From NCBI GenBank assembly GCA_026394475.1, contig JAPKYD010000108.1, positions 2,559-66,558 of the forward strand: a stretch of 64,000 nucleotides of DNA, read 5' to 3'. The position numbers and the translations under genes are program-made. This document shows positions 1-10,183 of the stretch, in pieces (positions within the stretch are counted from its first letter, which is position 1; each line of letters opens with the position of its first letter). The notes below the pieces were generated by a model, which saw only the letters and a list, made by a program, of their open reading frames with translations, was not told the DNA's origin and searched no databases. The stretch is from Methanothrix sp. Lineage in GTDB: Archaea > Halobacteriota > Methanosarcinia > Methanotrichales > Methanotrichaceae.

Positions 1-920
1 AGAGGAAGTTTTGTGTTCTGATCATTGAGGTTGCCCATGCCTGTGACGCTCTCTCCCGTCTGGATGAGGATAAGATCCATAGAGCTGCTGGCATTCTCCA
101 GCTTCACATTCCATTTGCCATCCACTTCCATGACCTCGGGCTCAGCAGGCTCAGGGTTGGTCGCCACTGCTTGGACTTCCTGGGTGCTTACTGCATTATC
201 CGTTTGAACTAATGGCTTTGGCTTCGTATCGGGCATTCTCATGTTCGGCCCGGAGATATCATTGCTTTGCTCTGCCGTCGAGCGCCTCTCATCGGGTGCA
301 TATCTCGGCTTGGTCTCTGTAGAGTCGGAAGTCTCGGATGTCGGATGAGAATTGATATCGGATGCCGCAGCGATGACATAGCTCACCGCCTTGCTGTCTT
401 CAGAGTCTTGTGAGCTGGAGTGCTTCACCCGGACCTCTACTTGGTTCTCTCCCACATCTGCATCTGTGGCATTCCACGTCCAGGTATTTTCAGCCATCCA
501 GCCGGTCTCATCCTTCAGTTGGCCGCCCGTTGAAGGTCCTTTCCGCAGGAAATCATAGAGCAACTCGCCGTTGCCGGGATTGCTCGCCACGGCCGTCCAG
601 ACTATGGCCGTGCTCGGCGCCTGCGGATTGGGCTTATCCGGGGTCAAGCTCTGGATCGAGGCTATCTGGCTGGCTTTGGTCGCGGTCGAGCCCAGAGCTA
701 TGGCAGGCTTTGCTGCTACGGATGATCCAGATGAATCCGTGCCGGGTGCCCCCTCTAAATTCTGGTTTTTGCTTACATAAAAGTCGGTGTCACCGGTCGT
801 ATCACCCATCCAGTTGGTGCCGCATCCTTGCCCTGCAAATGCCGTAGATGAGAGCGTGTAGATTGAAGCTGTAAAGCAGAAGAGCATGGCTGTAAAAAGC
901 AACAGTGTCTTGTACCTCAT
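1..920 (-). CDS. Secreted/surface protein (partial, runs off the left edge): signal peptide, Ig-like 'SLTPDKPNPQ..IVWTA..LLYDF.KGPST..TGW..NTWTW' domain, S/T/P-rich linker
   Basis: Manual translation from ATG at 920 (MRYKTLLLFTAMLFCFTASIYTLSSTAFAG...). GGAGG RBS at 931-935 on the minus strand. Frame stays open to position 1. Not in the ORF track because it has no stop in the window. Confidence 0.8.
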   Translation of the reverse strand, partial: MRYKTLLLFTAMLFCFTASIYTLSSTAFAGQGCGTNWMGDTTGDTDFYVSKNQNLEGAPGTDSSGSSVAAKPAIALGSTATKASQIASIQSLTPDKPNPQAPSTAIVWTAVASNPGNGELLYDFLRKGPSTGGQLKDETGWMAENTWTWNATDADVGENQVEVRVKHSSSQDSEDSKAVSYVIAAASDINSHPTSETSDSTETKPRYAPDERRSTAEQSNDISGPNMRMPDTKPKPLVQTDNAVSTQEVQAVATNPEPAEPEVMEVDGKWNVKLENASSSMDLILIQTGESVTGMGNLNDQNTKLP

Positions 921-1139
921 CTTTCCTAAACCTCCACCATTCGCACGGTGCTAGGATTTTAACGGCTTTATAGTTTCCCCTTGGAACGTCATTCGACGAA
1001 GATCATTATCCTTCATACAAATCATGGCCTTCTCCACAGGAATGAACAGTCCGGCCTGATCTCACCCGTCGTCAGCTTTATCAATCATTAAAGATCAAAA
1101 AGCCAGAACCGGCTATTGGCCAAAGGTGATTGAATATGA

Positions 1140-2660
1140 ATGCGTGGGATTGCTTTATTCGGTAAAGTTAAATTTCTTGACACTACCCTGCGTGATGGGG
1201 AGCAGACGCCTGGCGTCTCTTTGACCCTGGATGAGAAGCTCGCCATTGCCCGAGGGCTCGATCTTCTGGGGGTGCAGGTGATTGAGGCTGGTTCCGCCAT
1301 GACCTCCGAGGGAGAGCGTCAATCCATAAAGGCAATAGCAGCCTCGGGTCTCTCGGCTGAGATCTGCAGCTACGTTCGGGCTTTGCCTGCAGACGTTGAC
1401 ACGGCACTGGCCTGCGATGTAGACTCTGTCCATCTTGTTGTACCGGTATCGGACCTTCATATCGAGCGAAAGCTCAAGTCGGACCGAAAATCCGTGATAC
1501 GCAAGGCTGTCGAGGTGACGGAGTACGCCAAAGATCACGGCCTGATCGTGGAGCTGAGCGGTGAGGACGCTAGCCGTGCGGATCATGATTATCTGGTCAG
1601 TCTCTACACCGCAGGCATCGAGGCGGGTGCCGATAGGCTGGCCTTCTGCGATACTGTGGGCGTGCTGGTTCCGGAGAATACCTATGAGATCTTCCGCTCG
1701 CTGTGCAACCTAGGCGCGCCTGTCAGCATTCACTGCCACAATGATTTCGGCATGGCCACCGCCAACACTGTTTCTGCGCTTCGCGCCGGAGCGTCGCAAG
1801 CGCACGTGACTGTGAACGGCATAGGCGAGAGGGCCGGGAATGCCAGCCTGGAGGAGGTGGTTATGATCCTGGAGTCTCTTTATAAGATCGAGACGGGCAT
1901 CAAGTGCCGGGACATCTACCAGCTCTCCCGCATGGTCTCTCGAATGACCAGGCTTCCGCTCGCTCCCAACAAGGCTATCGTGGGCGAAAATGCCTTCACG
2001 CATGAGGCAGGCATCCATGTGCACGGTCTCCTGGCGGACACCAAGACCTACGAGCCGATACCGCCTGAGACGGTGGGCAGGAAGAGGCGCATCGTGCTGG
2101 GCAAGCATGCTGGCAGCTCCTCAGTGGAGCTGGCGCTGCGCGAGTTCGGCATAGGCGCAACAAAAGACCAGCTGGCCCAGATCGTCTCGCGGGTAAAGGA
2201 GCTGGGAGACAAGGGCAAGCGTGTGTCGGATGCGGATCTGCAGACCATAGCGGATACAGTGCTCTCCATCCAGATGGAGCCGAAGGTGAGGCTGAAGGAG
2301 CTGACAGTGGTCGCTGGCAATACGGTCACGCCAACGGCCTCGGTGAAGATCCAGCTCGGCGGCTCGGAGAAGCTGGAGGCTGGAACCGGTGTCGGGCCGG
2401 TGGATGCGGCTATAAATGCCATAAGACGGGCAATATCCGGGGTAGCGGATGTTCGCCTTGAGGAGTATCACGTAGACGCCATAACCGGTGGAACAAATGC
2501 GCTAGTTGAGGTTTGGGTGACGATGGCAATGGCTGATAGGAAGATAACTGCTCGTGGAGCAGGCGCTGACATAATCATGGCATCAGTCGAGGCCGTGCTG
2601 GAGGGCATCAATCGGCTGATGAGGCTGGAAGAGGAGGAGAGGTCGCGTGTCCAAGACTAA
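1140..2660 (+). CDS. cimA: (R)-citramalate synthase / 2-isopropylmalate synthase family
   Basis: DTTLRDGEQTPG, HCHNDFG, NGIGERAGN and a C-terminal LeuA regulatory domain (GPVDAA). Position ahead of ilvBNC favours CimA over LeuA (inference). Confidence 0.8.
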   Translation: MRGIALFGKVKFLDTTLRDGEQTPGVSLTLDEKLAIARGLDLLGVQVIEAGSAMTSEGERQSIKAIAASGLSAEICSYVRALPADVDTALACDVDSVHLVVPVSDLHIERKLKSDRKSVIRKAVEVTEYAKDHGLIVELSGEDASRADHDYLVSLYTAGIEAGADRLAFCDTVGVLVPENTYEIFRSLCNLGAPVSIHCHNDFGMATANTVSALRAGASQAHVTVNGIGERAGNASLEEVVMILESLYKIETGIKCRDIYQLSRMVSRMTRLPLAPNKAIVGENAFTHEAGIHVHGLLADTKTYEPIPPETVGRKRRIVLGKHAGSSSVELALREFGIGATKDQLAQIVSRVKELGDKGKRVSDADLQTIADTVLSIQMEPKVRLKELTVVAGNTVTPTASVKIQLGGSEKLEAGTGVGPVDAAINAIRRAISGVADVRLEEYHVDAITGGTNALVEVWVTMAMADRKITARGAGADIIMASVEAVLEGINRLMRLEEEERSRVQD

Positions 2661-4407
2661 GATGACCGGGGCCCAGGCAGTACTGGAAAGCCTGAAGAGA
2701 GAGGGCGTGGATGTCGTATTCGGGCTGCCGGGTGGAGTACTGCTGCCCCTCTATGACGCCATCTATCAATCGGACCTCCGTCACATCCTGGTGCGCCATG
2801 AGCAAGGGGCGGCGCACATGGCCGATGGCTATGCCAGAGCCACGGGCAAGGTTGGCGTCTGCCTCGCCACCTCCGGGCCGGGGGCAACGAACCTGGTCAC
2901 CGGCATTGCCAACGCCTATATGGACTCCGTGCCCATGGTAGCCATCACCGGACAGGTGAACACCTGGCTGATCGGCAAGGACGCCTTCCAGGAGGCGGAC
3001 ATAACCGGAATCACTCTGCCCATAACCAAGCACAACTACCTCCTGCGCAGTGCCAGGGAAATATCCCGGGTCTTCCGGGAAGCCTTCTACATCGCCCACT
3101 CGGGCCGCCCTGGGCCGGTGCTCATCGATCTGCCCAGGGACGTGACCGTGGAGGAGGTGGAGTTCACCTGGCCGGAGGTGAACCTGCCCGGTTATCATCC
3201 CTCCTTCAAGGTGCACGAGATGCAGATCAAAAAGGCTGCCAAGCTGCTTATGGACGCCGAGCGGCCGGTGATCTACGTGGGAGGCGGGGTGAAGTACGCT
3301 GATGCGCACCGCGAGCTCTTCGACCTGGCGACCAAGATCAACGCCCCGGTTACTACCACTCTCATGGGTGTGGGCTGCTTCCCTGAGGATCATCCCCTGT
3401 CGCTCGGGATGCTGGGAATGCACGGCACGAAGTACGCCAACTATTCCATTCAGGAGTCCGATCTGATCTTGGCCGTGGGCGCCAGATTTGATGACCGCGT
3501 GACCGGAAAGATCGCCAGCTTCGCTCCCCGCGCCAAGATCGTTCACATCGACGTGGACCCGGCAGAGATCGGGAAGAACGTGCGCGTGGACATCCCTGTG
3601 GTGGGAGATGCCCGCAATGCGCTGGCGGCGCTGGCAAAAGAGGTCGTGCCCAAGCCGCGTTCGGCCTGGAACGAGAAGATCGAAGCCTGGAAGAAGGATC
3701 ATCCGCTGCGCTACATTCCGGACATTAACATTATCAAGCCCCAGTTTGTGATCGAGAAGCTCTGCGAGCTGGCGCCCGATGCCATCATCACCACCGAGGT
3801 GGGCCAGAACCAGATGTGGGCAGCGCAGTTCTTCGTGCACAAAGATCCGCGCAAGTTCATCTCCTCAGGCGGCCTGGGCACCATGGGATATGGGTTCCCT
3901 GCCGCCATCGGCGCCAAGATGGGCTGTCCGGAGTGCGAGGTCATCGACATCGCTGGAGACGGCAGCTTTCTCATGAACAGCCAGGAGCTGGCTACTGCGG
4001 TGGTCAATGACATACCGGTCAAGGTGGCCATCCTGAACAACGGCTGCCTGGGCATGGTCCGGCAGTGGCAGGAGCTGTTCTTTGAGAAGAGGTACTCCGC
4101 TACTATCCTGGGGCGCACCAGTCCGGATTTTGTCAAATTAGCCGAGGCTTACGGCGCGGTCGGGCTGCGGGCCACCAGGCCATCGGAGGTCGAGCCTGTG
4201 ATCCGAGCGGCTCTGGCGGCGGATCGGCCCACTATCATGGATTTCATAATCAATCCCGCGGAAAAGGTCTCGCCCATGGTGCCTGCAGGAGCAACGCTCA
4301 GCGAGATCCTGGATCTTGAATGGTGTGATGAGGCTAATACCAGCCATCTGGAGAAGATCTACTCGGATGCACGCAAGGAGATCCTGGGCTCGGAGGGATA
4401 CATATGA
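2647..4407 (+). CDS. ilvB: Acetolactate synthase large subunit
   Basis: [26 protein letters not shown] motif GDGSFLMN...NN. Confidence 0.96.
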   Translation: MSKTKMTGAQAVLESLKREGVDVVFGLPGGVLLPLYDAIYQSDLRHILVRHEQGAAHMADGYARATGKVGVCLATSGPGATNLVTGIANAYMDSVPMVAITGQVNTWLIGKDAFQEADITGITLPITKHNYLLRSAREISRVFREAFYIAHSGRPGPVLIDLPRDVTVEEVEFTWPEVNLPGYHPSFKVHEMQIKKAAKLLMDAERPVIYVGGGVKYADAHRELFDLATKINAPVTTTLMGVGCFPEDHPLSLGMLGMHGTKYANYSIQESDLILAVGARFDDRVTGKIASFAPRAKIVHIDVDPAEIGKNVRVDIPVVGDARNALAALAKEVVPKPRSAWNEKIEAWKKDHPLRYIPDINIIKPQFVIEKLCELAPDAIITTEVGQNQMWAAQFFVHKDPRKFISSGGLGTMGYGFPAAIGAKMGCPECEVIDIAGDGSFLMNSQELATAVVNDIPVKVAILNNGCLGMVRQWQELFFEKRYSATILGRTSPDFVKLAEAYGAVGLRATRPSEVEPVIRAALAADRPTIMDFIINPAEKVSPMVPAGATLSEILDLEWCDEANTSHLEKIYSDARKEILGSEGYI

Positions 4408-4895
4408 AGCACACCATTGCCGTCATCGTGGAGAACAAGTCCGGTGTGCTGACACGCATCGCCGGCCTCTTCAGCCGCAGATCTTTCAACATCGACAGCC
4501 TCTCCGTGGGAGCGACGGACAATCCCGACTACTCCCGCATGACTATCACCGTGCAGGGCGACAAGGACGTTCTGGAGCAGGTCATAAAGCAGCTCAGCAA
4601 GCTGATCAACGTCATCCGCGTCAGCGAGCTTGCGCCAGCGGAGTCCGTGGAGCGGGAGCTGGCCGTGATCAAGGTGAGCGCCGATCGGGAGAGCAGAAGC
4701 GAGATCATGCAGATCGTGAACATCTTTCGGGCCAAGATCATCGATGTCTCGGCCAAGTCCATGATCATCGAGGCCACCGGTGACGAGGAGAAGATCGATG
4801 CCATCATCCAGCTGCTGCGCCAGTTTGGCATAAAGGAGCTGGCACGCACGGGCAAGGTAGCCATGGTGCGGGGCCCGAGGGTTGTCAAGGCTTGA
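4404..4895 (+). CDS. ilvN: Acetolactate synthase small (regulatory, ACT) subunit
   Basis: [24 protein letters not shown]; ELARTG. Confidence 0.96.
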   Translation: MKHTIAVIVENKSGVLTRIAGLFSRRSFNIDSLSVGATDNPDYSRMTITVQGDKDVLEQVIKQLSKLINVIRVSELAPAESVERELAVIKVSADRESRSEIMQIVNIFRAKIIDVSAKSMIIEATGDEEKIDAIIQLLRQFGIKELARTGKVAMVRGPRVVKA

Positions 4896-4916
4896 TGAGA
4901 TATAGGAGGAATAAAA

Positions 4917-5912
4917 TTGGCAAAGATATTCCATGACAAGGATGCAGATCTGAAGGTGTTGAAGGACAAGACCATCGCCATTGTGGGATGGGGCAACCAG
5001 GGTCATGCTCAGGGAGAGAACCTGAAGGACTCCGGGCTCGATGTTATTGCCGCCGACCTGCCCGGTTCGAACGCCTGGAAGAGAGCGGAAGCGGACGGCG
5101 TGAAGGTCATGACCGTCTCGGAGGCGGCCAAGGCGGCGGATTACATCCAGATCCTCCTGCCGGACGAGTACCAGGGCAAGATCTATCGGGAAGAGATCGC
5201 ACCTCATCTGGAGGAGGGCAAAGTCCTGGGTTTCAGCCACGGGTTCAACATCCGCTACTTCCAGATTGTGCCGCCCAAAGATGTCGATGTGGTCATGGTG
5301 GCGCCGAAGGGACCAGGCGACCTGGTCCGCAGAACCTACCAGGAGGGCAAGGGCGTGCCGTGCCTGGTGGCGGTGGAGCAGGATGCCTCCGGAGCGGCCC
5401 TGAAGAGGGCACTGGCCTATGCCAAAGGCATCGGCGGAACGAGAGCGGGCGTCCTCCAGACCACCTTCACCGAGGAGACGGAGACGGATCTCTTTGGGGA
5501 GCAGGTGGACCTGTGCGGCGGCGTAACGGAGATGATCAAGGCTGCGTTTGAGACCCTGGTCGAGGCCGGGTATCAACCGGAGATCGCCTACTTCGAGGCC
5601 TGCCACGAGCTGAAGCTGATCGTGGACCTGATCTACGAGGGAGGCTTCATGCGCATGTGGAACAACGTCTCCAACACTGCCGAGTACGGCGGCATGACCC
5701 GCGGAAACAGGATCATCAATGAGATGTCCCGCGAAGCCATGCAGGAGATCCTGGGGGAGATTCAATCCGGCGAGTTCGCCCGCGAGTGGATTCTGGAGAG
5801 CCAGGCCGGGCTTCCGGTGAAGAGGTCGCTGGAGAAGATCGAGAGCGAACACCTCATCGAGCAGGTGGGCGCAGAGCTGCGGGCCATGATGCCCTGGCTG
5901 CAGAGGAATTAG
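4917..5912 (+). CDS. ilvC: Ketol-acid reductoisomerase
   Basis: [31 protein letters not shown]. Confidence 0.97.
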   Translation: MAKIFHDKDADLKVLKDKTIAIVGWGNQGHAQGENLKDSGLDVIAADLPGSNAWKRAEADGVKVMTVSEAAKAADYIQILLPDEYQGKIYREEIAPHLEEGKVLGFSHGFNIRYFQIVPPKDVDVVMVAPKGPGDLVRRTYQEGKGVPCLVAVEQDASGAALKRALAYAKGIGGTRAGVLQTTFTEETETDLFGEQVDLCGGVTEMIKAAFETLVEAGYQPEIAYFEACHELKLIVDLIYEGGFMRMWNNVSNTAEYGGMTRGNRIINEMSREAMQEILGEIQSGEFAREWILESQAGLPVKRSLEKIESEHLIEQVGAELRAMMPWLQRN

Positions 5913-5993
5913 GAAAGCAGTCAACTTTTGGGCTGTCCGGGCGGCTCCGCTGTGCCGCCCTGGGAATATTTTTGGCAAATAATTATATCAAGA

Positions 5994-7841
5994 TTATAAT
6001 CCTATCCTTGACCGGGCCCTGATCACCTCCGCCACCGACCAGGCCTGGGAGATGCAGCCGCCTGGCCGCTGCGGCATGTCGCCATCGAAGACCTCGGGAA
6101 TAGTCCCAACTCCGCCAGCATCCAGCTCCAGCAGAGGACGCAAGACCTCTCCTGCCAGCTTCTTGCTCTCCTCTGAGCCATCGTTCACGGAGAGCAGCGC
6201 ATCCACATAGGGTCCCATCAGCCAGGGCCAGACGGTGCCCTGGTGGTAAGCCCCGTCCCTCTGGCGAGGCCCGCCTTCGTATCTTCCGACGTAGCGCGGA
6301 TCGCGCCATGAGAGGGTCCGCAGGCCGAAGGGTGTACGCAGATCTCTGGTCACCACATCCAGGATGCTCTTTCTCTTTATCATGGGCAGCAGATCGGGAA
6401 TGGAGGCGGCGATGATCTGGTTAGGCCGAACCGATGCATCCTCAGGATCGAGAACGTCGAAGAGGCATCCCGTCTCGCTGTTCCAGAACCGCTGGTAGCT
6501 CTCCTTCACCTTTCCGGCCAGATCGCTGCTCCAGGGCTCCTCCAGGATGGAAGCCAGCGCCTCCATCTTCCTAAGCCCGCTGTACCAGAGGGCATTAATC
6601 TCACAGGCCTTGCCGGCTCTGGGCGTTACGGGCCGTCCATTTACCCGTGCATCCATCCAGGTGAGCGCAGGCCCGGAGCTGATGAGTCCATCCTCCCCCA
6701 TTCCGAAGTCCTCTCCCGGGCAGGAGTAGCGTTTCACTACTTCTTGAAGGCTCGTCCAGAGCTTCTTTACGAGATCAAGGTCTTGGGAATAATCGTAGTA
6801 GCTGAAAGTGGCCTGAATGAACCAGAGGGAGGCGTCCACGGTATTGTAGGATCTGGCACCGAGGTCGTTGGGAAGCACGCCGTCCTTCATGGCGGCGGCA
6901 AAGGACCTCAAGACTGCTCTGGCATGGTCAAAGCGCCCCGTGGCGAGCAGCAGGCCGGGCAGAGATATCATGGCGTCTCTTCCCCAGTCGTCAAACCAGT
7001 GATATCCGGCGATGATGCTCTCTTTCTCATCCCTTTGCACCACGAATGAGTCTGCAGCCTGAGCCAGCCCTGGAACTGGTGCATGCAGGTGGCAAAGACG
7101 AGAAGTCTCTCTTTGAAGCATCTCGGCCGTGTTGGGCATGGCGCTGCGCCAGGTGGAGGCGGCGATATTGAAGGTCGTCTCTTTGGCAAGGTCCAGCTCG
7201 AAGTAGCCGGGACAAAAGAGATTCTCCCGCCAGGCCAGGCCCCGGCGGCGCTCTTGCTCGTACTCGAAGTTGTAGTAAGTCGCCTCCTGCGGGACAAACC
7301 TTGCTCTGTCCGAGAGGAGAATGAGCCTGCAACTTGATTCCAGGCATGTTCCTGCTCTTCGAGGCTCCTGGCGGATCTCTGGCAGCTCGGATGCAGCGTG
7401 GAAGCTGCGGCAGTGGACCAGGGGCAAGATGCGCATTTGCCCCTCTCCGTGACAGATCTTGTAGCTTATAATCACAGTGTTCTCTTTATGGACCATGAAG
7501 ACGGTCTTCTCGACTACGGCTGTGCCCGCCGCGTAAAGGAACCTTGGGAAAGGATCGAGGCAAAACTCCCGGAGGTGCCGGAATCCTTGCGGATGGATGG
7601 CGCCAGGATACTGGTGATTGGCCAGAGAGATGCCGTTGATCTCCTCATCTAGAGACGAGAGCAGAAGCATTCGCTCCGTAGGAGGGCTAAGAGCGGCCAC
7701 GAGAAGGCCGTGATAGGCGCGGGTGTTGGCGCCTACTGCGGTGGCCGATGCATAGCCGCCCAGGCCGTTGGCCACCAGCCACTCGCGGCTCGTGCCCTGC
7801 AGATAGCTCTCCGGCCGGAGGGCATAGCCCCTTTCCATCAT
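5994..7841 (-). CDS. Glycogen debranching enzyme (amylo-alpha-1,6-glucosidase, GH133-type)
   Basis: REWLVANGLGGYAS, AGYHWFDDWGRD, TWMDA, RPNQ, YHQGTVWPW, QAWSVAE. Confidence 0.93.
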   Translation of the reverse strand: MMERGYALRPESYLQGTSREWLVANGLGGYASATAVGANTRAYHGLLVAALSPPTERMLLLSSLDEEINGISLANHQYPGAIHPQGFRHLREFCLDPFPRFLYAAGTAVVEKTVFMVHKENTVIISYKICHGEGQMRILPLVHCRSFHAASELPEIRQEPRRAGTCLESSCRLILLSDRARFVPQEATYYNFEYEQERRRGLAWRENLFCPGYFELDLAKETTFNIAASTWRSAMPNTAEMLQRETSRLCHLHAPVPGLAQAADSFVVQRDEKESIIAGYHWFDDWGRDAMISLPGLLLATGRFDHARAVLRSFAAAMKDGVLPNDLGARSYNTVDASLWFIQATFSYYDYSQDLDLVKKLWTSLQEVVKRYSCPGEDFGMGEDGLISSGPALTWMDARVNGRPVTPRAGKACEINALWYSGLRKMEALASILEEPWSSDLAGKVKESYQRFWNSETGCLFDVLDPEDASVRPNQIIAASIPDLLPMIKRKSILDVVTRDLRTPFGLRTLSWRDPRYVGRYEGGPRQRDGAYHQGTVWPWLMGPYVDALLSVNDGSEESKKLAGEVLRPLLELDAGGVGTIPEVFDGDMPQRPGGCISQAWSVAEVIRARSRIGL

Positions 7842-9313
7842 CTGCCCACCTGCAAAGAAGCCTCCGCCGTCTTCAAGAGATTCTTTCGCAGTCTTTCGCC
7901 CTTGATCTCCTTCAGTTTGGCCAATCTTTCGGCCAGCGGCTCATCTCCCAGGCTGGTCCTGGCCCAGAGAGCCAGATCTCCTCGGTCATTATGATACTCT
8001 AATGAGGCCAAATCGACCTTGGACAGGGCTGTTTTCAAACCCACCAGAGTCCAGGCACAGTCTCCTGTGAATTCATCTTTGCCTGTGGCGAACCTGAAAG
8101 GCTCATCCGCCAGCCTGGTCTTCTTCTTGAGCCTGTAATGCAGATCAGAGAGAACGCTGAAGTAGGTCACTGCCGCATCATAAGGAGTGCCGTAGGGGCT
8201 GAAGTAGCTGTGCACTTCTCCCGGCCCCCCTCCATGGGTGAAGACGTAATAGAGATGATCGGAGAGCCCGAGAGTTCTCCAGATCTCCAGAAGATCCCGG
8301 TCCTGGCTCTCCTTCACCGGGGCTTCCAGCCTCTTTTGATAAATGAAGCAGGCCTGCTGCAAGGCATTGCCCAGCCAGCAGCTGGTATCTCTCTCCAGGT
8401 CCGCCCAGGAGACGTATCTCTCCGCGGAGATCTCCTCTTTGGGCGCTATATCCCTGGCAATCTCAGACGGTGTGGCGAACCGGAGGTCCTTGCAGGCGAG
8501 CACTTTATCCGGCAGATGGCGGAGAAACTCAAAGATCCCCGTCTCCACCCACTGGTGCTCTCCGAAGGTCTCATAGTCGCAGAAGATGTTTATGCACTGA
8601 CCGGGCGTGGCCGCCAGCCAGGATGCATATTTGTCGGCAGTCAGAGGATACTCCTCCCACCCTCGGGAGGAGAATCGAAAGCCTATGTCGTCTGTGAGCT
8701 GGAAGTTCCTTAAAAGCAGGGAAATGTTCGTTTCTTTGGGCCGATAAACGTGGTTCGGATTTGCAAGCACTCCTTCGGTGAATACGGCCTTATATCCCAT
8801 GCCCTCGACCAGCTTGGCAATCTGATCATTGTAAATCAGCTCCGTGTTTTCGAAGGTGGTAGGCCGCAGCCCGAAGAGGTCCCAGATCATCTCCCGGTGC
8901 ATCCTCACCTGCTCGAAGAACTCCTGCTTGTCCTCATAGAGGCTGGCGAGCGAGTGATAGTAGGTCTGCTCCATCACCTCCACGAGGCCTGTCTCGACCA
9001 GCTTGACAAAGGAATCCAAGACTTCAGGGCGAAATTTACGGCATTGCTCCAGAAAGATACCCGAGAAGCTGTAAGCAACCTTGAAGGGCCTGTCCGATCC
9101 CTCATGCTTGCGGATGCTCTCTAAAATGACCTCATTGGCCGGAAGATAGCATTTGCCGGATACGCGGTCAAAGATCCTCTTGTTCTCTGTATCGTCGAAG
9201 TAGAAGTCCCATAGATCGGGCACAACCTCTTTGAGCAGCGATCTTTGCCAAAAAAAATTTTTATTCAGGCGGAGAGGCTGATGGACCTCAAAGCAGAGGG
9301 AAATATAGGTCAT
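7838..9313 (-). CDS. GH57 alpha-amylase/amylopullulanase with short C-terminal DUF5752-like domain
   Basis: FEVHQP, TYYHSL, NTELIY, DYETFGEHQW, SWAD motifs. Start moved to MTYISLCFEVHQP at 9313. Confidence 0.9.
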   Translation of the reverse strand: MTYISLCFEVHQPLRLNKNFFWQRSLLKEVVPDLWDFYFDDTENKRIFDRVSGKCYLPANEVILESIRKHEGSDRPFKVAYSFSGIFLEQCRKFRPEVLDSFVKLVETGLVEVMEQTYYHSLASLYEDKQEFFEQVRMHREMIWDLFGLRPTTFENTELIYNDQIAKLVEGMGYKAVFTEGVLANPNHVYRPKETNISLLLRNFQLTDDIGFRFSSRGWEEYPLTADKYASWLAATPGQCINIFCDYETFGEHQWVETGIFEFLRHLPDKVLACKDLRFATPSEIARDIAPKEEISAERYVSWADLERDTSCWLGNALQQACFIYQKRLEAPVKESQDRDLLEIWRTLGLSDHLYYVFTHGGGPGEVHSYFSPYGTPYDAAVTYFSVLSDLHYRLKKKTRLADEPFRFATGKDEFTGDCAWTLVGLKTALSKVDLASLEYHNDRGDLALWARTSLGDEPLAERLAKLKEIKGERLRKNLLKTAEASLQVGR

Positions 9314-9370
9314 ATCTTCCCTATCCGGCTGCAAAATATTTACATCCTTCGCGCTATGCCCTGGGCACCA

Positions 9371-9392
9371 CACCGAAAGAACTAATTACCTT
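9371..9392 (+). promoter_or_regulatory. Putative BRE/TATA in the divergent glycogen-cluster intergenic region
   Basis: CCGAAAGAACTAATTA resembles the CCGAAAGG-TTAAT / CCGAAAGAGATATATTTA elements at about 14177, 15582 and 56048. Confidence 0.35.
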
Positions 9393-9450
9393 CGTCAGGA
9401 AACAATAATGGGCAAATTAGGCGCGAAGACGGGCGAGGGAGAGGTTCACT

Positions 9451-10182
9451 GTGGCGGGAGTACAGAGCAACAAGTTTCCCAGGGTGAAGTCGGGCATACC
9501 GGGATATGATGAATTGGTAGATGGTGGTTTTCATCGAGGGACGGTAAACACCATAACCGGATCATCAGGCACAGGCAAGACCGTATTTGCCAGCCAGTTC
9601 ATCCATTATGGCGTGAAAAACAGCGAGAAGGGGATGATCGTCACTCCTTCCGAGAGTGCAGAATATCTGAAGAGAGAGATGAGCTCCTCTTTTGGCTGGG
9701 ACTTCGCGGGAATGGAGAAAGAGGGGAAATTGAGCATAGTCGATGTCACCGATCCTGTGCTCCGCCTCCAGAAGAGCATTGAGGTCGATCCAGTGGACTT
9801 TCTCATAAATTTTCGAAAGCTGGTGGAGAGAAAGTTAGAGGAAGTAAAACCGACCAGGCTCTTCATAGATGACCTGACCGCCTTCTTCATGGCCGTGGAG
9901 GCTCCCTTCAAGGTAAGGTCTTTGACGGATGACCTCTTCGGCACGATTCGGTCCAGCGGGGCAACCTCGGTGGTGACCATCGGCACAGCCTTTGGCATGA
10001 ACCAGTTTCTGGAGTATGGCGCGGATTCCGCCACATTGCTCAATCGGGAGAGGATCGGCAACAATCTCATAAGATCAATTTACATCATGAAGATGCGCGG
10101 CTCGAAGATCGCCAGCAGCATAAGGGTTCTGGACATCTCCGACGAGGGCATGGCCGTGTCCTCATTATCGCCTTATCCCTGA
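9451..10182 (+). CDS. KaiC-like / RAD55 RecA-superfamily ATPase (single domain)
   Basis: RVKSGIPGYDELVDGG, Walker A GSSGTGKT, Walker B LFIDD, KMRG arginine finger. Confidence 0.9.
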   Translation: MAGVQSNKFPRVKSGIPGYDELVDGGFHRGTVNTITGSSGTGKTVFASQFIHYGVKNSEKGMIVTPSESAEYLKREMSSSFGWDFAGMEKEGKLSIVDVTDPVLRLQKSIEVDPVDFLINFRKLVERKLEEVKPTRLFIDDLTAFFMAVEAPFKVRSLTDDLFGTIRSSGATSVVTIGTAFGMNQFLEYGADSATLLNRERIGNNLIRSIYIMKMRGSKIASSIRVLDISDEGMAVSSLSPYP

Positions 10183-10183
10183 G

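Noticed and set aside
2608-5978. Long antisense ORFs (2608-3840, 4359-5978; likewise 49763-51058 and 34305-35294)
   Set aside because: Shadow ORFs of GC-rich, codon-biased genes on the opposite strand, with no recognisable motifs. Only the last 102 codons of 34305-35294 are real (TFS).
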